Assembly (NCBI GenBank): GCA_963817385.1
Contig: CAWFOM010000003.1
Location: forward strand, 32,001-96,000
Direction of reading: 5' to 3'
DNA length: 64,000 bases
Origin: an uncultured delta proteobacterium
Lineage (GTDB): Bacteria; Desulfobacterota; Syntrophia; Syntrophales; UBA5619
A model generated the notes under the pieces. The model was not told the DNA's origin, made no database searches, and was given only the letters and a program-made list of their open reading frames with translations. Shown here in pieces: positions 51,906 through 63,955 of this stretch; the first letter of the stretch is position 1; each line of letters starts with the position of its first letter. Position numbers and translations under genes: made by a program.

Positions 51906-53080
51906 TGGCCATTCCCCTCTCCTACAGCATGCGGAATCTCTGGAAGCGCAGGCTGACGACGATCCTGACGGTTTCCGGGATGGCGCTCGTCGTGTTCGTC
52001 TTCGCCGCCGTCCTGATGATGGCCGCAGGGCTTCAGAAGACGCTCGTGGAGACGGGCTCGGATGACAATGTGGTCGTCTTCCGCAAGGGATCGACATCGG
52101 AGGTGATGAGCGGCATCGAACGCGGACAGGCCTCGATCGTGGAGATGCTGCCCCAGGTGGCGATCGGCGGGGAGGGCCGCAGGCTCGTGGCCAAGGAGGT
52201 GGTGGTTCTGATCGCCCTTCCCAAGCGGGGCGCGGGGAAGGCTTCCAGCCATTCCAACGTCGTGGTCCGCGGCGTCCAGGAGGCGTCGATCCCGCTCAGG
52301 CCGCAGGTGAAGCTCGTCGCGGGGCGCATGTTCCGGATGGGATCGTCGGAGATCATCGTCGGCAACAGCATCGCCAAGGGGTTCGTGGGGGTCGGTCTTC
52401 AGGGAACCCTGAACTGGGGGATGCGGAAATGGACCGTGGTGGGCATCTTCGATGCGGGAAACACCGGCTTCAGTTCCGAGATCTGGGGGGACGTGGACCA
52501 GGTGATGCAGGCCTTCCGCCGGCCCGTTTACTCATCGCTCATCTTCAAATTGAATAACCCGGCCGCGTTCCCGGCGGCCAAAACGGCCGTCGAGACGGAC
52601 CCGCGGCTCACGCTCGAGGCCAAGCGGGAGACGCGATACTATCTCGACCAGTCGGAGATGATGGCGAAGTTCCTGCGGATCCTCGGGCTGTCGCTGACCG
52701 TCATCTTTTCGATCGGCGCGATCATCGGCGCCATGATCACCATGTATTCGGCGGTGGCCAACCGGATCGGGGAGATCGGAACGATGCGCGCGCTGGGCTT
52801 CCGCCGGCGGAGCATCCTGGCCGCATTTCTCGCGGAGTCGCTGCTTCTGGGCGCCATCGGCGGCTTGGTGGGGCTCTTCTTCGCCTCCTTCATGCAGTTC
52901 ATCACCGTTTCCACCGTGAACTTTCAGACGTTTTCGGAATTGGCGTTCAAATTCACCCTCACCGGGCGCATCGTCCTGCAGGCCATGGCATTTTCACTCG
53001 TCATGGGCCTCATCGGCGGCATGCTGCCCGCGCTCCGCGCCTCCCGGATGAAGATTGTCGAAGCCCTGCGGGCGGCGTAG
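51905..53080 (+). CDS. FtsX/MacB-family ABC permease
   Basis: RNLWKRRLTTILT, RIGEIGTMRALGF, PALRASRMKIVEALR. Confidence 0.92.
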   Translation: MAIPLSYSMRNLWKRRLTTILTVSGMALVVFVFAAVLMMAAGLQKTLVETGSDDNVVVFRKGSTSEVMSGIERGQASIVEMLPQVAIGGEGRRLVAKEVVVLIALPKRGAGKASSHSNVVVRGVQEASIPLRPQVKLVAGRMFRMGSSEIIVGNSIAKGFVGVGLQGTLNWGMRKWTVVGIFDAGNTGFSSEIWGDVDQVMQAFRRPVYSSLIFKLNNPAAFPAAKTAVETDPRLTLEAKRETRYYLDQSEMMAKFLRILGLSLTVIFSIGAIIGAMITMYSAVANRIGEIGTMRALGFRRRSILAAFLAESLLLGAIGGLVGLFFASFMQFITVSTVNFQTFSELAFKFTLTGRIVLQAMAFSLVMGLIGGMLPALRASRMKIVEALRAA

Positions 53081-53149
53081 CGTGTGAACGATCCTCGAAC
53101 CCCCGCGCCCCGCACGACAGGCATTGATCCCTCTCCGGACACAATATCT

Positions 53150-53205
53150 CATGATAAATTACATGATAAATTGCCCTTGACACACAAACCGCCTTTCCGT
53201 ATTCT
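53150..53205 (+). promoter_or_regulatory. Sigma70 promoter with an upstream 11-bp direct repeat
   Basis: CATGATAAATT at 53150 and 53162, then TTGACA(53177)-17 nt-TATTCT(53200). Confidence 0.6.
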
Positions 53206-53557
53206 AAACGAGCGTAAAAGCAGGTTCTTATCAATTATTAGATTTTCGGGAACTGTTGTTCATCAAGCAGTCATGATTCGGGTGGGCACATAACATGGAT
53301 GTTCAGGCATCAAACTCTCACGTTCCAACCCTGTATCAGAGGCCCGTCACCGTATTGCAGGGGAGCATGCCGCGCGTCCCATCGTTTTATCCTGAGGATA
53401 TCGTCGATTGTGTCGAAATCCGGACAGGGCATTTTTTACCGACAAGCACCGCAGTCACGCACTATGTCTCGTCTGCCGGCTCCATCAAAGAAAAAGGGTC
53501 GTTGATCGATCTGTTTGTTTGAATGGGGACCGCCGTTTCATCATCAAGGAGAAGATC

Positions 53558-54298
53558 ATGAAAGGCATCATCATCGCGGCTTTTTGTCTGGCGGCGGGCG
53601 CTGCTTCCGCGGCGGAGATCAACGTGATCAGCGGAGGCGCGGTCGAGCCCGGCCTGGAGGCGTTCGCCCAACTTATCCGCCGCGATCTCGGCCACGAACT
53701 CAGGATCCTGTACAACACGGCGCCGCAGATTGCCAAGCGACTCTCAGCGGGCGAAGTGTACGACATCCTGATCTCACCGCCGGCAACGATCGAACAGGCA
53801 GTCAAAGAGGGCAAGGTCATCGCGGACACCCGGGTGCCGCTGGGCCGCGTGGGCGCCGGGATCATCGTACGCACCGGGGCCGCCGCGCCTATCATCGCGA
53901 CGGTCGATGCCCTGAAGCGGGCGCTCCTCGCCGCCGACTCGGTGGTCTACAACACGGCCTCGACCGGGATCTACCTCGACAAGCTTTTTGCAAAAATGGG
54001 CATCGCCGAGGCACTGAAGGCCAAAACGGCACGCTACCCGACCGGCGCGGCGGTCATGGAGCACGTGATCAAGGGCAAGGGCACCGAGATCGGTTTTGGC
54101 GCAATGACCGAGATCCGGCATTACGAGGCGAAAGGGCTCACGCTCGTCGGACCGCTGCCGGCGGAAATCCAGAACTACACAAGCTACGAGGCCGCGCTGA
54201 TGACGGGAGCGACGGCAGCCGAGGCGGCGCGGGCCGTGTTGCGCCATCTGGCCACTCCGGCCGCCAAAGCCGCGTTCACGGCCGGCGGCGTCGAATAA
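53558..54298 (+). CDS. ModA-like periplasmic substrate-binding protein (orphan)
   Basis: AAGGAG RBS, signal peptide, STGIY, GPLPAEIQNYT. Confidence 0.8.
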   Translation: MKGIIIAAFCLAAGAASAAEINVISGGAVEPGLEAFAQLIRRDLGHELRILYNTAPQIAKRLSAGEVYDILISPPATIEQAVKEGKVIADTRVPLGRVGAGIIVRTGAAAPIIATVDALKRALLAADSVVYNTASTGIYLDKLFAKMGIAEALKAKTARYPTGAAVMEHVIKGKGTEIGFGAMTEIRHYEAKGLTLVGPLPAEIQNYTSYEAALMTGATAAEAARAVLRHLATPAAKAAFTAGGVE

Positions 54299-54343
54299 GT
54301 GCGGTGGAATAAAAACTGAATTCTACCGTACCGATGAGAAAAA

Positions 54344-57300
54344 ATGATCATTCCTAATTATGAAATCCTGGAGAAAATAGGCGCGGGCTATAAGGCCGAC
54401 GTTTATAAGGGCTATCACAAAAGAAATCCGGAGCGATTGCTGGTCATCAAGATTCTCAAAGCGGTCAGCCTTGCCGGACAGAAAAAATCCCAGATCAGAC
54501 AGAAAATCGAACACCTTCGGGTCTTGAACGACCCGATGGTGATTACGCCCCTCGCCTTTCACATGGATGAGGAGACCTGTTTTTTAACCCAGGACTGGTT
54601 CAACGGAATAACACTCGACAAACTGAGGGAATCACGGTCAGGCATTGCCTTACGTGATTTCTTTACCATTACCTGCGGGGTTGCCCGGGCCTTGGATAAA
54701 GTCCACGAGGCCGGGATCATCCATGGCGGCCTTAAACCGCACAATATCCTCATTGACCCCGGCACGCTCGAAGTCCGGCTGACTGATTTCATAAGCACCA
54801 TCGATGTGCGGGATGTCAGCCATTTTATTTATGATCCTTCGTTTATCAGGGAAACCCTGTCCTATACCTCCCCGGAACAGACCGGGCGCATCAACCACCG
54901 GGTGGTTTTTTCTTCAGATATGTATTCTCTGGGCATCATGTTCTATGAGCTGCTGACCGGACGCCTGCCTTTTCACTCCGCGGACCCGCTGGAAGTTATT
55001 CACTCCCACCTTGCCGAAGAAGCGCCTCACGTCCATGAGGTAAACCCCGGCATCCCGGCTATTCTCAGCAAAATCGTAGCCAAATTAATGCTGAAGGAGC
55101 CGGAGAAGCGCTATCAGAGCAGCTACGGGCTCCTGGCCGACCTCATCCGTTGCCGGGATGAATATGCGGCAGCCGGCACGATAGGCGAATTCCCGCTGGA
55201 GAGCTTTGTCAGCGCGCACCGGGTCACGTTCATCTCCAGGATGGTCGGCCGCGACAGGGAAGCCGAGGCGATCCTGGAAGAATACGAACAGGTCGCGGGG
55301 GGGCAATTCCGCGCAATGTTCATTTCCGGGCTGTCCGGCATCGGCAAGACCCGTCTGATCCAGGAGCTGCAAAAGCCGATTGTGAAACACCGGGGCTATT
55401 TCACCTCGGGAAAATTCGACGTGTACCAGAAAAATATCCCGTACAGTTCCCTCATCCAGGCGCTGCGCACTCTCATACGGACCTTTTTAACGGAAAGCGA
55501 CGAGCGGGTGGCGCTTTGGAAAAACAGGATTCTGGCAGCGATGGGTAAAAACGGGAAAGTCCTGACCGATGTTGTGCCGGAGCTGCAACTCCTGATCGGC
55601 CCGCAACCTGAGGTTCCAACACTCCCTCCCGTCGAATCTCTGAACCGGTTCCATGACGTCTTTGACCGGTTTCTCACGTGCCTGGCAAGCGAGGAGAATC
55701 CCCTGACCTTATTCATAGACGACCTCCAATGGTGCGATGTCGCCTCCTTCGACTTCTTTACAAACATCTTCGCCAACTGCCGGGAACATCCCTACCTTTT
55801 CTTCCTGGGGGCGTACCGCCATAATGAAGTGGACTCAAGCCATCCCCTCTCCAAGCTCATCCGGAATGTCAGGAGTACGGGCCAGCCGCTGAAAGAAATC
55901 AGGCTGGCGCCCTTAAAGCCTGAGTATTGCCAGGAAATGGTGTCCTACATTCTCGATTGTCCCCTTACGCACACCAGGATGCTCGGTGATTTCATCACCA
56001 CCCTGAGCGAAGGGAATCCTCTTTTTGTCAGTGAGAGCCTTTCCTATCTTCATAACGAGGATTTGCTTTTCCCGGACAAGGATGGACAATGGCGTTGGGA
56101 TATGGATAAGATCAGGCTCTCCCGCATGCCGAACACGGTCGTTGCCCTTTTCAGCTCCAAGATTCGGAAGCTCCCGCCGGACCTGATCGAACTCCTCGAG
56201 TATTGCGCCTGCATGGGGAATACCTTTTCGCCTGCGGAGCTCTCCTCCATCAGGGAAATGACCCTTCGGGAGACCTTTGAGATGTTGAAACCCGCCCTCG
56301 GTCAGGGGCTGATGATGGAAAACAAGAGCCAGTTGCAGTTCATCCACGATAAAGTCCAGGAAGCAGCGCTGGCCGCCATACCGGCGGAAAAGCGGCGCCG
56401 GATTCACCGGCAGGTAGGCAGCCACCTCCTTGCCGCTGTTCCTGAGAGCATCGACAGGGAAAAACTTGAAAACCTCTTTACCATTGTTTCCCACCTTAAT
56501 CTTGGCAAGGAAGATAAGCCGGACAAACAGACAGCCTATCTCCTGTCCGACCTTAACTTCCATGCCGGCAACAAGGCCCTGGAATCGCTCGCCACGGAAG
56601 CGGCCAACGAGTATTTCAATCTCAGCCGGGAACTGCTGCCGGATACTTGCTGGGACAAAGATCGCTATGAGCGTTCTTTCCGGATATTCCAGAAAGTGGC
56701 CAAGACGGAGCTTATGTGCGGCAACTACGAACGTTCTGAAATACTGCTCAACCACCTGCTCGACCATGCCAGAGACGACATGGACAAGGCTGAATGTCTG
56801 GCGGAACAGACAACTTCGCTGTCCTCCATCGGCAATTTTATCAAGGCAATAGAAACCGCCAACCGGGGACTGGCCTATTTCGGCAAGGCCATCCCCACCG
56901 ATCCGCAGGAAGCCGACAGAAGAAGAGAGGCGTTGATGGCGGAAATCGACGCCAAGAACATTGATGTCTGGGACACCATCCTGAAGCATGCCCTTTACGA
57001 AAGACCGGAAGAGTAAGATAGAGCTCGCCTTTTACAGTGAGCTTATTCCGGACCTCTATATGTCCGGCCTCGTGCCGCAGCTCTATCTCTCGGCGGCCCA
57101 GTCGACGGAGCACTGCCTGTCAGGAGGCATGGATGAGTCGGTGATCTATTCCTTCAGCATTATGGGGCTTCAGTTAGGCGAGCAGGAAAAGTTCGGAGAG
57201 GCTTTTGCCTACGAAGACCTGGCCCGCGACCTTTCGGCAAAATATCCGAATACATTCGGCGCCACGCGGGGCATGAACGGAATCGTCTGGTGCAACATGC

Positions 57301-59396
57301 ACTCCCGGAGTCACCCCCATGATATCGCGGATTACTGCCTGAAGTCGATCCAATGCGGCAAGAACTGCGGCGACCTGTATAACGCGGGGCTTTCCTACGG
57401 CCCCCTGATGTGGAACCTCCAGGTGCAGGGAGCAGACCTGTCCCTCATCGAGGACACCGCCCGGGAATGCCTCCAATTCTCCAATAGGTACCATCTTTCC
57501 TTTTCCGCTGGCTTGGCCGAGGCAATGCAGGCGGGCTGGATCGGGCCGATGAAGAAAGACACTGCGCCTCTGCCCATGGACGATAAAATCAAACGATGGG
57601 AAGAGGACAACCACATTGCTTCGGCAGGAAGTTATTACGTGCACCGGGCTCTGGCGCATTATTATTTTGGAGAGCATGAAGAAGCCGAAGCATGCCTGGT
57701 GGAAGTGAGGAGGTATTTGTCCGGTCTTACGGACAATGTCCTGAAGAGACAGTGGCATGTCTTCCGGGTCCTGAACGCGCTGAAACTCCATGAAAAGGGG
57801 ACCGGCTTTCACCGTGCGGAGGAACTTCGGGAGGAAATACAGCCGCTCATCGCCCTGATCGAGACCTGGTCCGGCCTGGGACCGCTCTTGAAACCCTATC
57901 TGGCCTTTCTCCACGCGGAGCTCGCACGAGTGACCGGCGCCTTTCCCGAGGCCAAGAGCCTCTATCTCGACGCCATCGATAGTGCCCACGCCCAGGGATA
58001 TATCTTTTTGGAAGGACATCTCAACGAATGCCTCGGCGAGCTGCTTCGGCAGGCCGGTTACTGTTCCGAAGGGGTGTATTTTGTCGAAGCGAACCGTTTG
58101 TACCGGAAATGCCTGGCGGAGCGGAAGGAAATCGACCTCCGGGAAAAACATCCCGAGTATTTTGAGGAAGAAAGGGCTCCATCCCCCCAGTTCGTCGGCG
58201 AGCCTTCTCCCGCCTCCATCCTCCCCAACCTGGACGTCGATTACCTCATGAAGTCGTCTCTCGCTATTTCTGCCGAGATCGAGGAGGATGCCCTGCTGAA
58301 AAAAATCATGAATGTGATCGTCGAGTGCTCGGCGGCCCAGCACGGGTACCTGCTGATCGCGGAAGACGGCACCCTCTTTGTCCGCGCCGAGAGTCATATT
58401 GCGGAAAAGCGGACGGTCATGACCGTGAATGAATGTCTCGATAATGTACCGGACATCTGCAAAGCTATCGTTCGGTATGTTTACCGAACCGGAGAAAGGC
58501 TGGTTCTGGGCAATGCAGCACAGGAAGGCCCATTCACGGACAATCCGGAGGTTCAGGAGCGGCGCATGCGTTCCCTTCTCTGCCTCCCCATTGTCAAGCA
58601 GGCGCGGATGATCGGCGTCCTGTACCTCGAAAACCGCCTGTCGGATAATATTTTTACCGCAGAAAAAACGCAGATGGCGGATTTGCTGACGTCCCAGGCC
58701 GCCATCTCCCTGGAAAATGCGCGGTTGCTGGTGGAGATGAGAGAAGCCGATGAGCAGATCAAAAGATCGCTTCAGGAAAAAGAGGCGCTTCTCAAAGAAA
58801 TACATCATCGCGTCAAGAACAACCTGCAGATCATCCGCAGCATGCTCAACCTGCAACTGCCCTACGTCAAGGACAAAGGGGCCGTCGAGCTCTTCAAGGA
58901 AAGCCGCGACCGCGTCTATTCCATGGCCTTGATCCATGAACAGTTGTATCAGTCCGCGTCGCTGGCGAGGATCGATCTGGCCGAATATATCCGCAGTCTA
59001 ACCGCCAATCTGTACCTCTCCTACGGGATGAATGAACAGACCATACGGCCTGACATATCCGTGGACAGTCTTTCCTTCGATGTGGATACGCTCATCCCCT
59101 GCGCCCTGATTATCAACGAGCTCGTTTCCAACGCTCTGAAGCACGCCTTTCCGGATGCCCGGGCAGGTAACGGGGGAAAAGGCGAAATCCGCATCGCCCT
59201 GCGCCGCGACGGGGGCGATGCCTGCGTCCTGTCGGTGGGCGACAACGGCATCGGCCTGCCCCGGGACTTTGCCGTGGAGAAGGCTGAATCCCTGGGGATT
59301 AAATTGGTAACCGTGCTGGCCAGGCAACTCAAGGGCGCCATCCGCCTCGATAGGGACGGCGGAACGGAATTCACGATTGTCTTTGCCCCATCGTAA
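54344..59396 (+). CDS. Ser/Thr kinase-like + AAA ATPase + GAF + HisKA_2 histidine kinase (~1680 aa; frameshift near 56985)
   Basis: YTSPEQTGR, SDMYSLG, GLSGIGKT, LFIDDLQW, GVLYLEN..F (GAF), EIHHRVKNNLQ, NELVSNALKH, DNGIG. Confidence 0.9.
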
Positions 59397-59419
59397 GGAT
59401 AACGAAGGAGAAAAATACC

Positions 59420-61418
59420 ATGCCTCAGGGAAAGATTCTGATTGTCGAAGATGAAGGTATCGAAGCGCTGGACATACAGGGCTCGTCTGATGAGCCTCGG
59501 CTACGTTGCCGACCATATCGCCTCTACCGGAGAAGAGGCCGTCAGAATAGCCGCCGAGACGATGCCCGATCTGGTCCTGATGGATATCATGCTGCAAGGT
59601 GCAATCGACGGAGTTACTGCCGCCGAACAGATCCGCGCCCGCCTGGATATCCCCGTTGTCTATCTCACCGCCTATGCAGACGAACCGACCCTGCAGCGGG
59701 CAAAGATAACAGAGCCTTACGGCTACCTTGTCAAACCCTTCAAGGAACGGGAGCTGCATATCTCAATCGATATGGCCCTCTATAAGCACCAAATGGAGCA
59801 GAAATTAAAGGAGAGCGAGAAATGGTTTGCCACAACGCTCCGGAGCATAGGCGATGCAACGATCGCCACCGACAAAAACGGTCTCATCACCTTCATGAAT
59901 GCCGTTGCCGAAGGCTTGATGGGCTGGAAACTGGAAGCGGTTCTCCACAAAAAACTGACGGACGTATTCAACATCGTCAACCGGGATACGCGGCAGCCTG
60001 TGGAGAACCCCGTGACACGGGTGCTGCTCGAAGGCGTCACCATGGGCCTGGCGAACCATACTATCTTGATCGCCAAGGATGGAACGGAAATACCCATCGA
60101 CGACAGCGCGGCCCCGATCAAGGATGACCGGGGAAACATCATGGGCGTGATCCTGGTTTTCCGCGACATCACCAAACGCGAGCAGGCGGAGGAGACGCTG
60201 CGGGACAGCCAGGCGGAACTTGCCGCCATGATTGCCAACGTACCCATGGTTATCGCTCTGGTGGACCCGGAAAGACACGTGCGAAAAACCAACGTGTCGG
60301 CAAACAGATTCGCCGACCGTTCGGCGGAAGAAATGACGGGGCGGCGGAGCGGCGAGGCCCTCCGTTGCCTCCACTCCCAGGACGATCCCCGGGGCTGCGG
60401 CTTCGGACCTTCCTGCCTATCCTGCCCGGTGCGTCAAGCAGTAGAAGACACCTTCACAAAGAGGGCCAATTATCAGGGTGTGGAAGCCACCCTTCCCTTC
60501 GGGCACCGGGGAAAGCCGGAAGAGCTGACATTTCTGGTTTCCACGGCACTTATCCCTTTTGCTCAGGAAGAGCTGACGCTTGTTTGCATGGAGGATATAA
60601 CGGAGCGTAAGCGGGCGGAGGAATCGCTAAATAAAGTATATCACGAGCTGGAAATCCGCGTTCAGGAACGGACCGCCCAGGTGCGGAAGCTCAATGACGA
60701 ACTGGAAGATCGGGTCCGTGAACGGACAGAGCAACTGGAGGTCGCCAACAAGGACCTTGAATCATTCACCTACTCGGTGTCACATGACTTGCGAGCCCCG
60801 CTCCGGGCCATCGACGGTTTCTCCCGCAAGCTTTTAGCAACATATAAAGACAAATTGGATGAAGAAGGGAAGAGGCTCCTGAACATCATCCGCAGGAACA
60901 CGCAAGGGATGAGTCAACTGATCGATGACCTGCTCGCCTTCTCGCGCCTGGGAAGACAGAAGATAGACCTGTCCGAAGTGGATATGGGAAGTCTTGCCGA
61001 AACGGTGTACAAAGAAATCAAGGCATCATCTCCCGGCAGGTCGATTGCCTTTGCCCTGCTGAACCCGCCGCCGGCAAGCGCCGATAAAGCCTTGATCCGT
61101 CAGGTTCTGGTAAATCTCCTGTCCAACGGGATTAAATTCACCCAGCCGCGAACTGATGCCCTGATCGAATTTGGCGGCAGCGTAGATGGAAATGAAAATA
61201 TCTACTTTGTGAAAGACAACGGTGTGGGTTTTGATATGCAGTATGCGGATAAATTATTCGGCGTGTTTCAGCGGTTGCACAGCGCGGAGGAATTCGAGGG
61301 CACAGGGGTGGGGCTCGCCATCGTCCACCGTGCAATCCTCATGCATGGAGGGAGGGTCTGGGCCGAGGGGAAAAGTGGCGAGGGGGCGACCTTTTATTTT
61401 ACCCTGCCGACGAAATAA
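59420..61418 (+). CDS. Receiver-PAS-PAS-histidine kinase (frameshift near 59478)
   Basis: [25 protein letters not shown] domains; [27 protein letters not shown]. Confidence 0.92.
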
Positions 61419-61486
61419 AAGTTGGCGGCGGATTACGGGTCAAGGAAGACGTTGACAGGAGCGATACGCTCTGTCACAAGGGAGGG

Positions 61487-62155
61487 GTGGAAAAAAACCT
61501 CCTGCATACCCTCTCCGAAGGGGCGGCCCAGATCGGTATTCGTCTCGGGCAGACGGAGCTGGATCTCTTCGCCGCTTACCACGGGGAGCTCCTCCTCTGG
61601 AACCGGCGGATCAACTTGGTCTCGGAAAAGTCATCGCGGGAGATCGTCATCCGCCACTTTCTCGATTCCTTGACCGTGGCGCCGTGTATCGATCGCCCGG
61701 AAGGTCTTCTGATCGATATCGGAAGCGGCGCCGGTTTCCCCGGCATACCCCTTCGGATCGCCCTCCCCGGCCTGCAGGTGATGCTGGTGGAGGCGTCGCG
61801 AAAAAAGACCTCTTTCCTTACCCACATCGTCCGCACCCTCCATCTCGCGGGGGTCACGGTGATCCGGGAGCGCGTCGAGACCCTGATCGGTGAACAGGCA
61901 TTGGCCGGCACCTTTGATACGGTTCTCTCCCGGGCCGCCTTCAAGCTTCCGGAGCTGATCCGGATGGCCGCTTTCTTTCTGAAACCGGAGGGTATCCTCA
62001 TCGCGATGAAAGGTCCCGATCCCCGGGAAGAGATGGCGGAAGCGGAGTCATATCTGAAGGCCGCCGGCATGGTCTTAGTCGCCTGTCGTGACGCCAGTCT
62101 GCCTGATACAAATTTATCAAGAAAAATAATTGTTTACCAGCGCGTGTCGCGCTGA
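61487..62155 (+). CDS. rsmG: 16S rRNA m7G527 methyltransferase
   Basis: WNRRINLVS, RHFLDSL, DIGSGAGFPGIPL, SRA. Confidence 0.95.
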   Translation: MEKNLLHTLSEGAAQIGIRLGQTELDLFAAYHGELLLWNRRINLVSEKSSREIVIRHFLDSLTVAPCIDRPEGLLIDIGSGAGFPGIPLRIALPGLQVMLVEASRKKTSFLTHIVRTLHLAGVTVIRERVETLIGEQALAGTFDTVLSRAAFKLPELIRMAAFFLKPEGILIAMKGPDPREEMAEAESYLKAAGMVLVACRDASLPDTNLSRKIIVYQRVSR

Positions 62156-62249
62156 CGGCTTCAATAAAAAAACTTTTCAATCAGCTTGTTTTATGCTACC
62201 TTCAGCGCCGGTTCGAGAATCATTATGATGCAGGGAAATGTTCTATTAA

Positions 62250-63023
62250 ATGATGCGTAAAATCATATGTATGGCCAATCAAAAAGGGGGGGTGGGTAAA
62301 ACCACAACGGCCATCAACCTCTCGGCCTCGCTGGCGGCGGCGGAGAAGAGGACCCTGCTTGTCGACTGCGATTCCCAGGGAAATGCCACCAGCGGCATGG
62401 GAGTCGATGGAGAGTCCATTCGGGAGAAAAATCTCTACCACTGCCTCATCGATCAGATCCCCCTTAGGGAGGTCATCGTCGGAACCCAGATCCCCCAACT
62501 CGATCTGCTCCCTGCCAACCAGGACCTGGTCGGGATCGAGGTGGAATTCATCTCCCTCGAAGACCGGGAAAAAAGGCTGAGAAATCTGCTGAGGGATCTG
62601 GAGACACCGTATGAGTATATTATCATTGACTGTCCGCCGTCCCTCGGGTTTCTGACGGTCAACGCGCTGGTTGCCTCAGACTACCTGATCGTACCCCTGC
62701 AGTGCGAGTACTTCGCGCTGGAGGGCCTGGGACACCTGCTCAACACGATGGGGCTGATAAAGGCCAAACTGAATCCGACGCTGACGTTGGGAGGGATCCT
62801 CCTGACCATGTACGACTCACGGAACCTGCTTTCCCGCCGGGTCAGCGAGGATGTTCGTGCCAACTTCGGGAAGCGTGTCTTTCAGACGGTCATCCCGCGG
62901 AATGTGCGGCTTTCGGAAAGTCCGAGTCACGGGCTTCCGATCATTCTCTACGATATCAAATCACGCGGCGCGGTCTCGTACATGGAACTGGCCAATGAGA
63001 TCATCATGAACGGGAGGCTATGA
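62250..63023 (+). CDS. parA: Chromosome partitioning ATPase ParA/Soj
   Basis: NQKGGVGKTTT, QGNATSG, IDCPPSLG, QCEYFALEG, IPRNVRLSESPS. Confidence 0.97.
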   Translation: MMRKIICMANQKGGVGKTTTAINLSASLAAAEKRTLLVDCDSQGNATSGMGVDGESIREKNLYHCLIDQIPLREVIVGTQIPQLDLLPANQDLVGIEVEFISLEDREKRLRNLLRDLETPYEYIIIDCPPSLGFLTVNALVASDYLIVPLQCEYFALEGLGHLLNTMGLIKAKLNPTLTLGGILLTMYDSRNLLSRRVSEDVRANFGKRVFQTVIPRNVRLSESPSHGLPIILYDIKSRGAVSYMELANEIIMNGRL

Positions 63024-63874
63024 TGCCGCCAAAGCAATCGCTTGGCAAGGGGCTGGGGGCGATGTTCCCCAATCTGCTCAATAACATTGGCGATAAGCCC
63101 TCGTTCATCCTCTGCGGGATAGAGGAACTGACGCCGAATCGGTATCAGCCCCGGCGAGACTTTAACGATGACAATCAGCGTGAGCTCATCGCTTCCGTAA
63201 AAAAAAGCGGCATCATCCAGCCGATCATCGTGCGAAAGTCGGAGAACGGCTATGAGATCATCGCCGGCGAGAGGCGGTGGCGGGCGGCCCAGGCAGCCGG
63301 TCTGAAGGAGGTTCCCGTCATCATCAGGAGCGCGGAGGACCGGGATCTGGCGGAGCTCTCCCTGATCGAAAACATCCAGCGCGAGGCGCTCAATCCCATC
63401 GAGGAGGCGGATGCCTATCAAACACTCATGACCCGCTTCTCCCTTTCTCAGGAGGAGATCTCGACCCGCGTCGGGAAGGACCGTTCCACCATCGCCAATA
63501 CGGTCCGGCTGCTGAAATTACCCGAGATGGTCAAAAAGGCGCTGATCGCGAAATCCATCACCGCCGGCCATGCGCGGGCGCTCCTTGCCCTGGATCTGCC
63601 CGGCGATCAGATCGGCGCGTTGAAGATCGTGCAACGCAAGGAACTTAACGTTCGTGATACGGAGCGTTTGATTCAGAATCTCAAAAAGGCGCCGGCCCGC
63701 ACGAAAACCGCGCGAAAGGACCCCTTTCTGGCCGATCTTGAACGGGAACTTTCCTCCCGGCTTCTCGCGGCTGTTCAGATCCGTGCCGGGAAGAGAGCGG
63801 GGACCATCGAGATCCGCTATACCACGGGGGAAGAGCTGAATCGTCTGGCGCGGTGGCTCCTTGACGGGAAATAA
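63020..63874 (+). CDS. parB: Chromosome partitioning protein ParB/Spo0J
   Basis: LGKGLGA, NRYQPR, IIAGERRWRA, IENIQRE.LNPIEEA, GHARAL. Confidence 0.97.
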   Translation: MMPPKQSLGKGLGAMFPNLLNNIGDKPSFILCGIEELTPNRYQPRRDFNDDNQRELIASVKKSGIIQPIIVRKSENGYEIIAGERRWRAAQAAGLKEVPVIIRSAEDRDLAELSLIENIQREALNPIEEADAYQTLMTRFSLSQEEISTRVGKDRSTIANTVRLLKLPEMVKKALIAKSITAGHARALLALDLPGDQIGALKIVQRKELNVRDTERLIQNLKKAPARTKTARKDPFLADLERELSSRLLAAVQIRAGKRAGTIEIRYTTGEELNRLARWLLDGK

Positions 63875-63892
63875 CGGCATAGTTCCGGATAG

Positions 63893-63955
63893 CTGTCCAC
63901 AGGTGTGGATAAAACTGTGTATAAGGTTGTGAATTTTGGACGAACTTTGGGATAA
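63893..63955. promoter_or_regulatory. DnaA-box cluster (probable edge of oriC)
   Basis: CTGTCCACA 63893, TGTGGATAA 63904, TGTGTATAA 63916, TGTGAATTT 63928 and TTGGGATAA 63947, directly after parB. Confidence 0.8.

Noticed and set aside
53295..53522. 75 aa ORF upstream of the ModA-like gene
   Set aside because: No clear RBS or motif, and several equally weak overlapping ORFs; unsupported.
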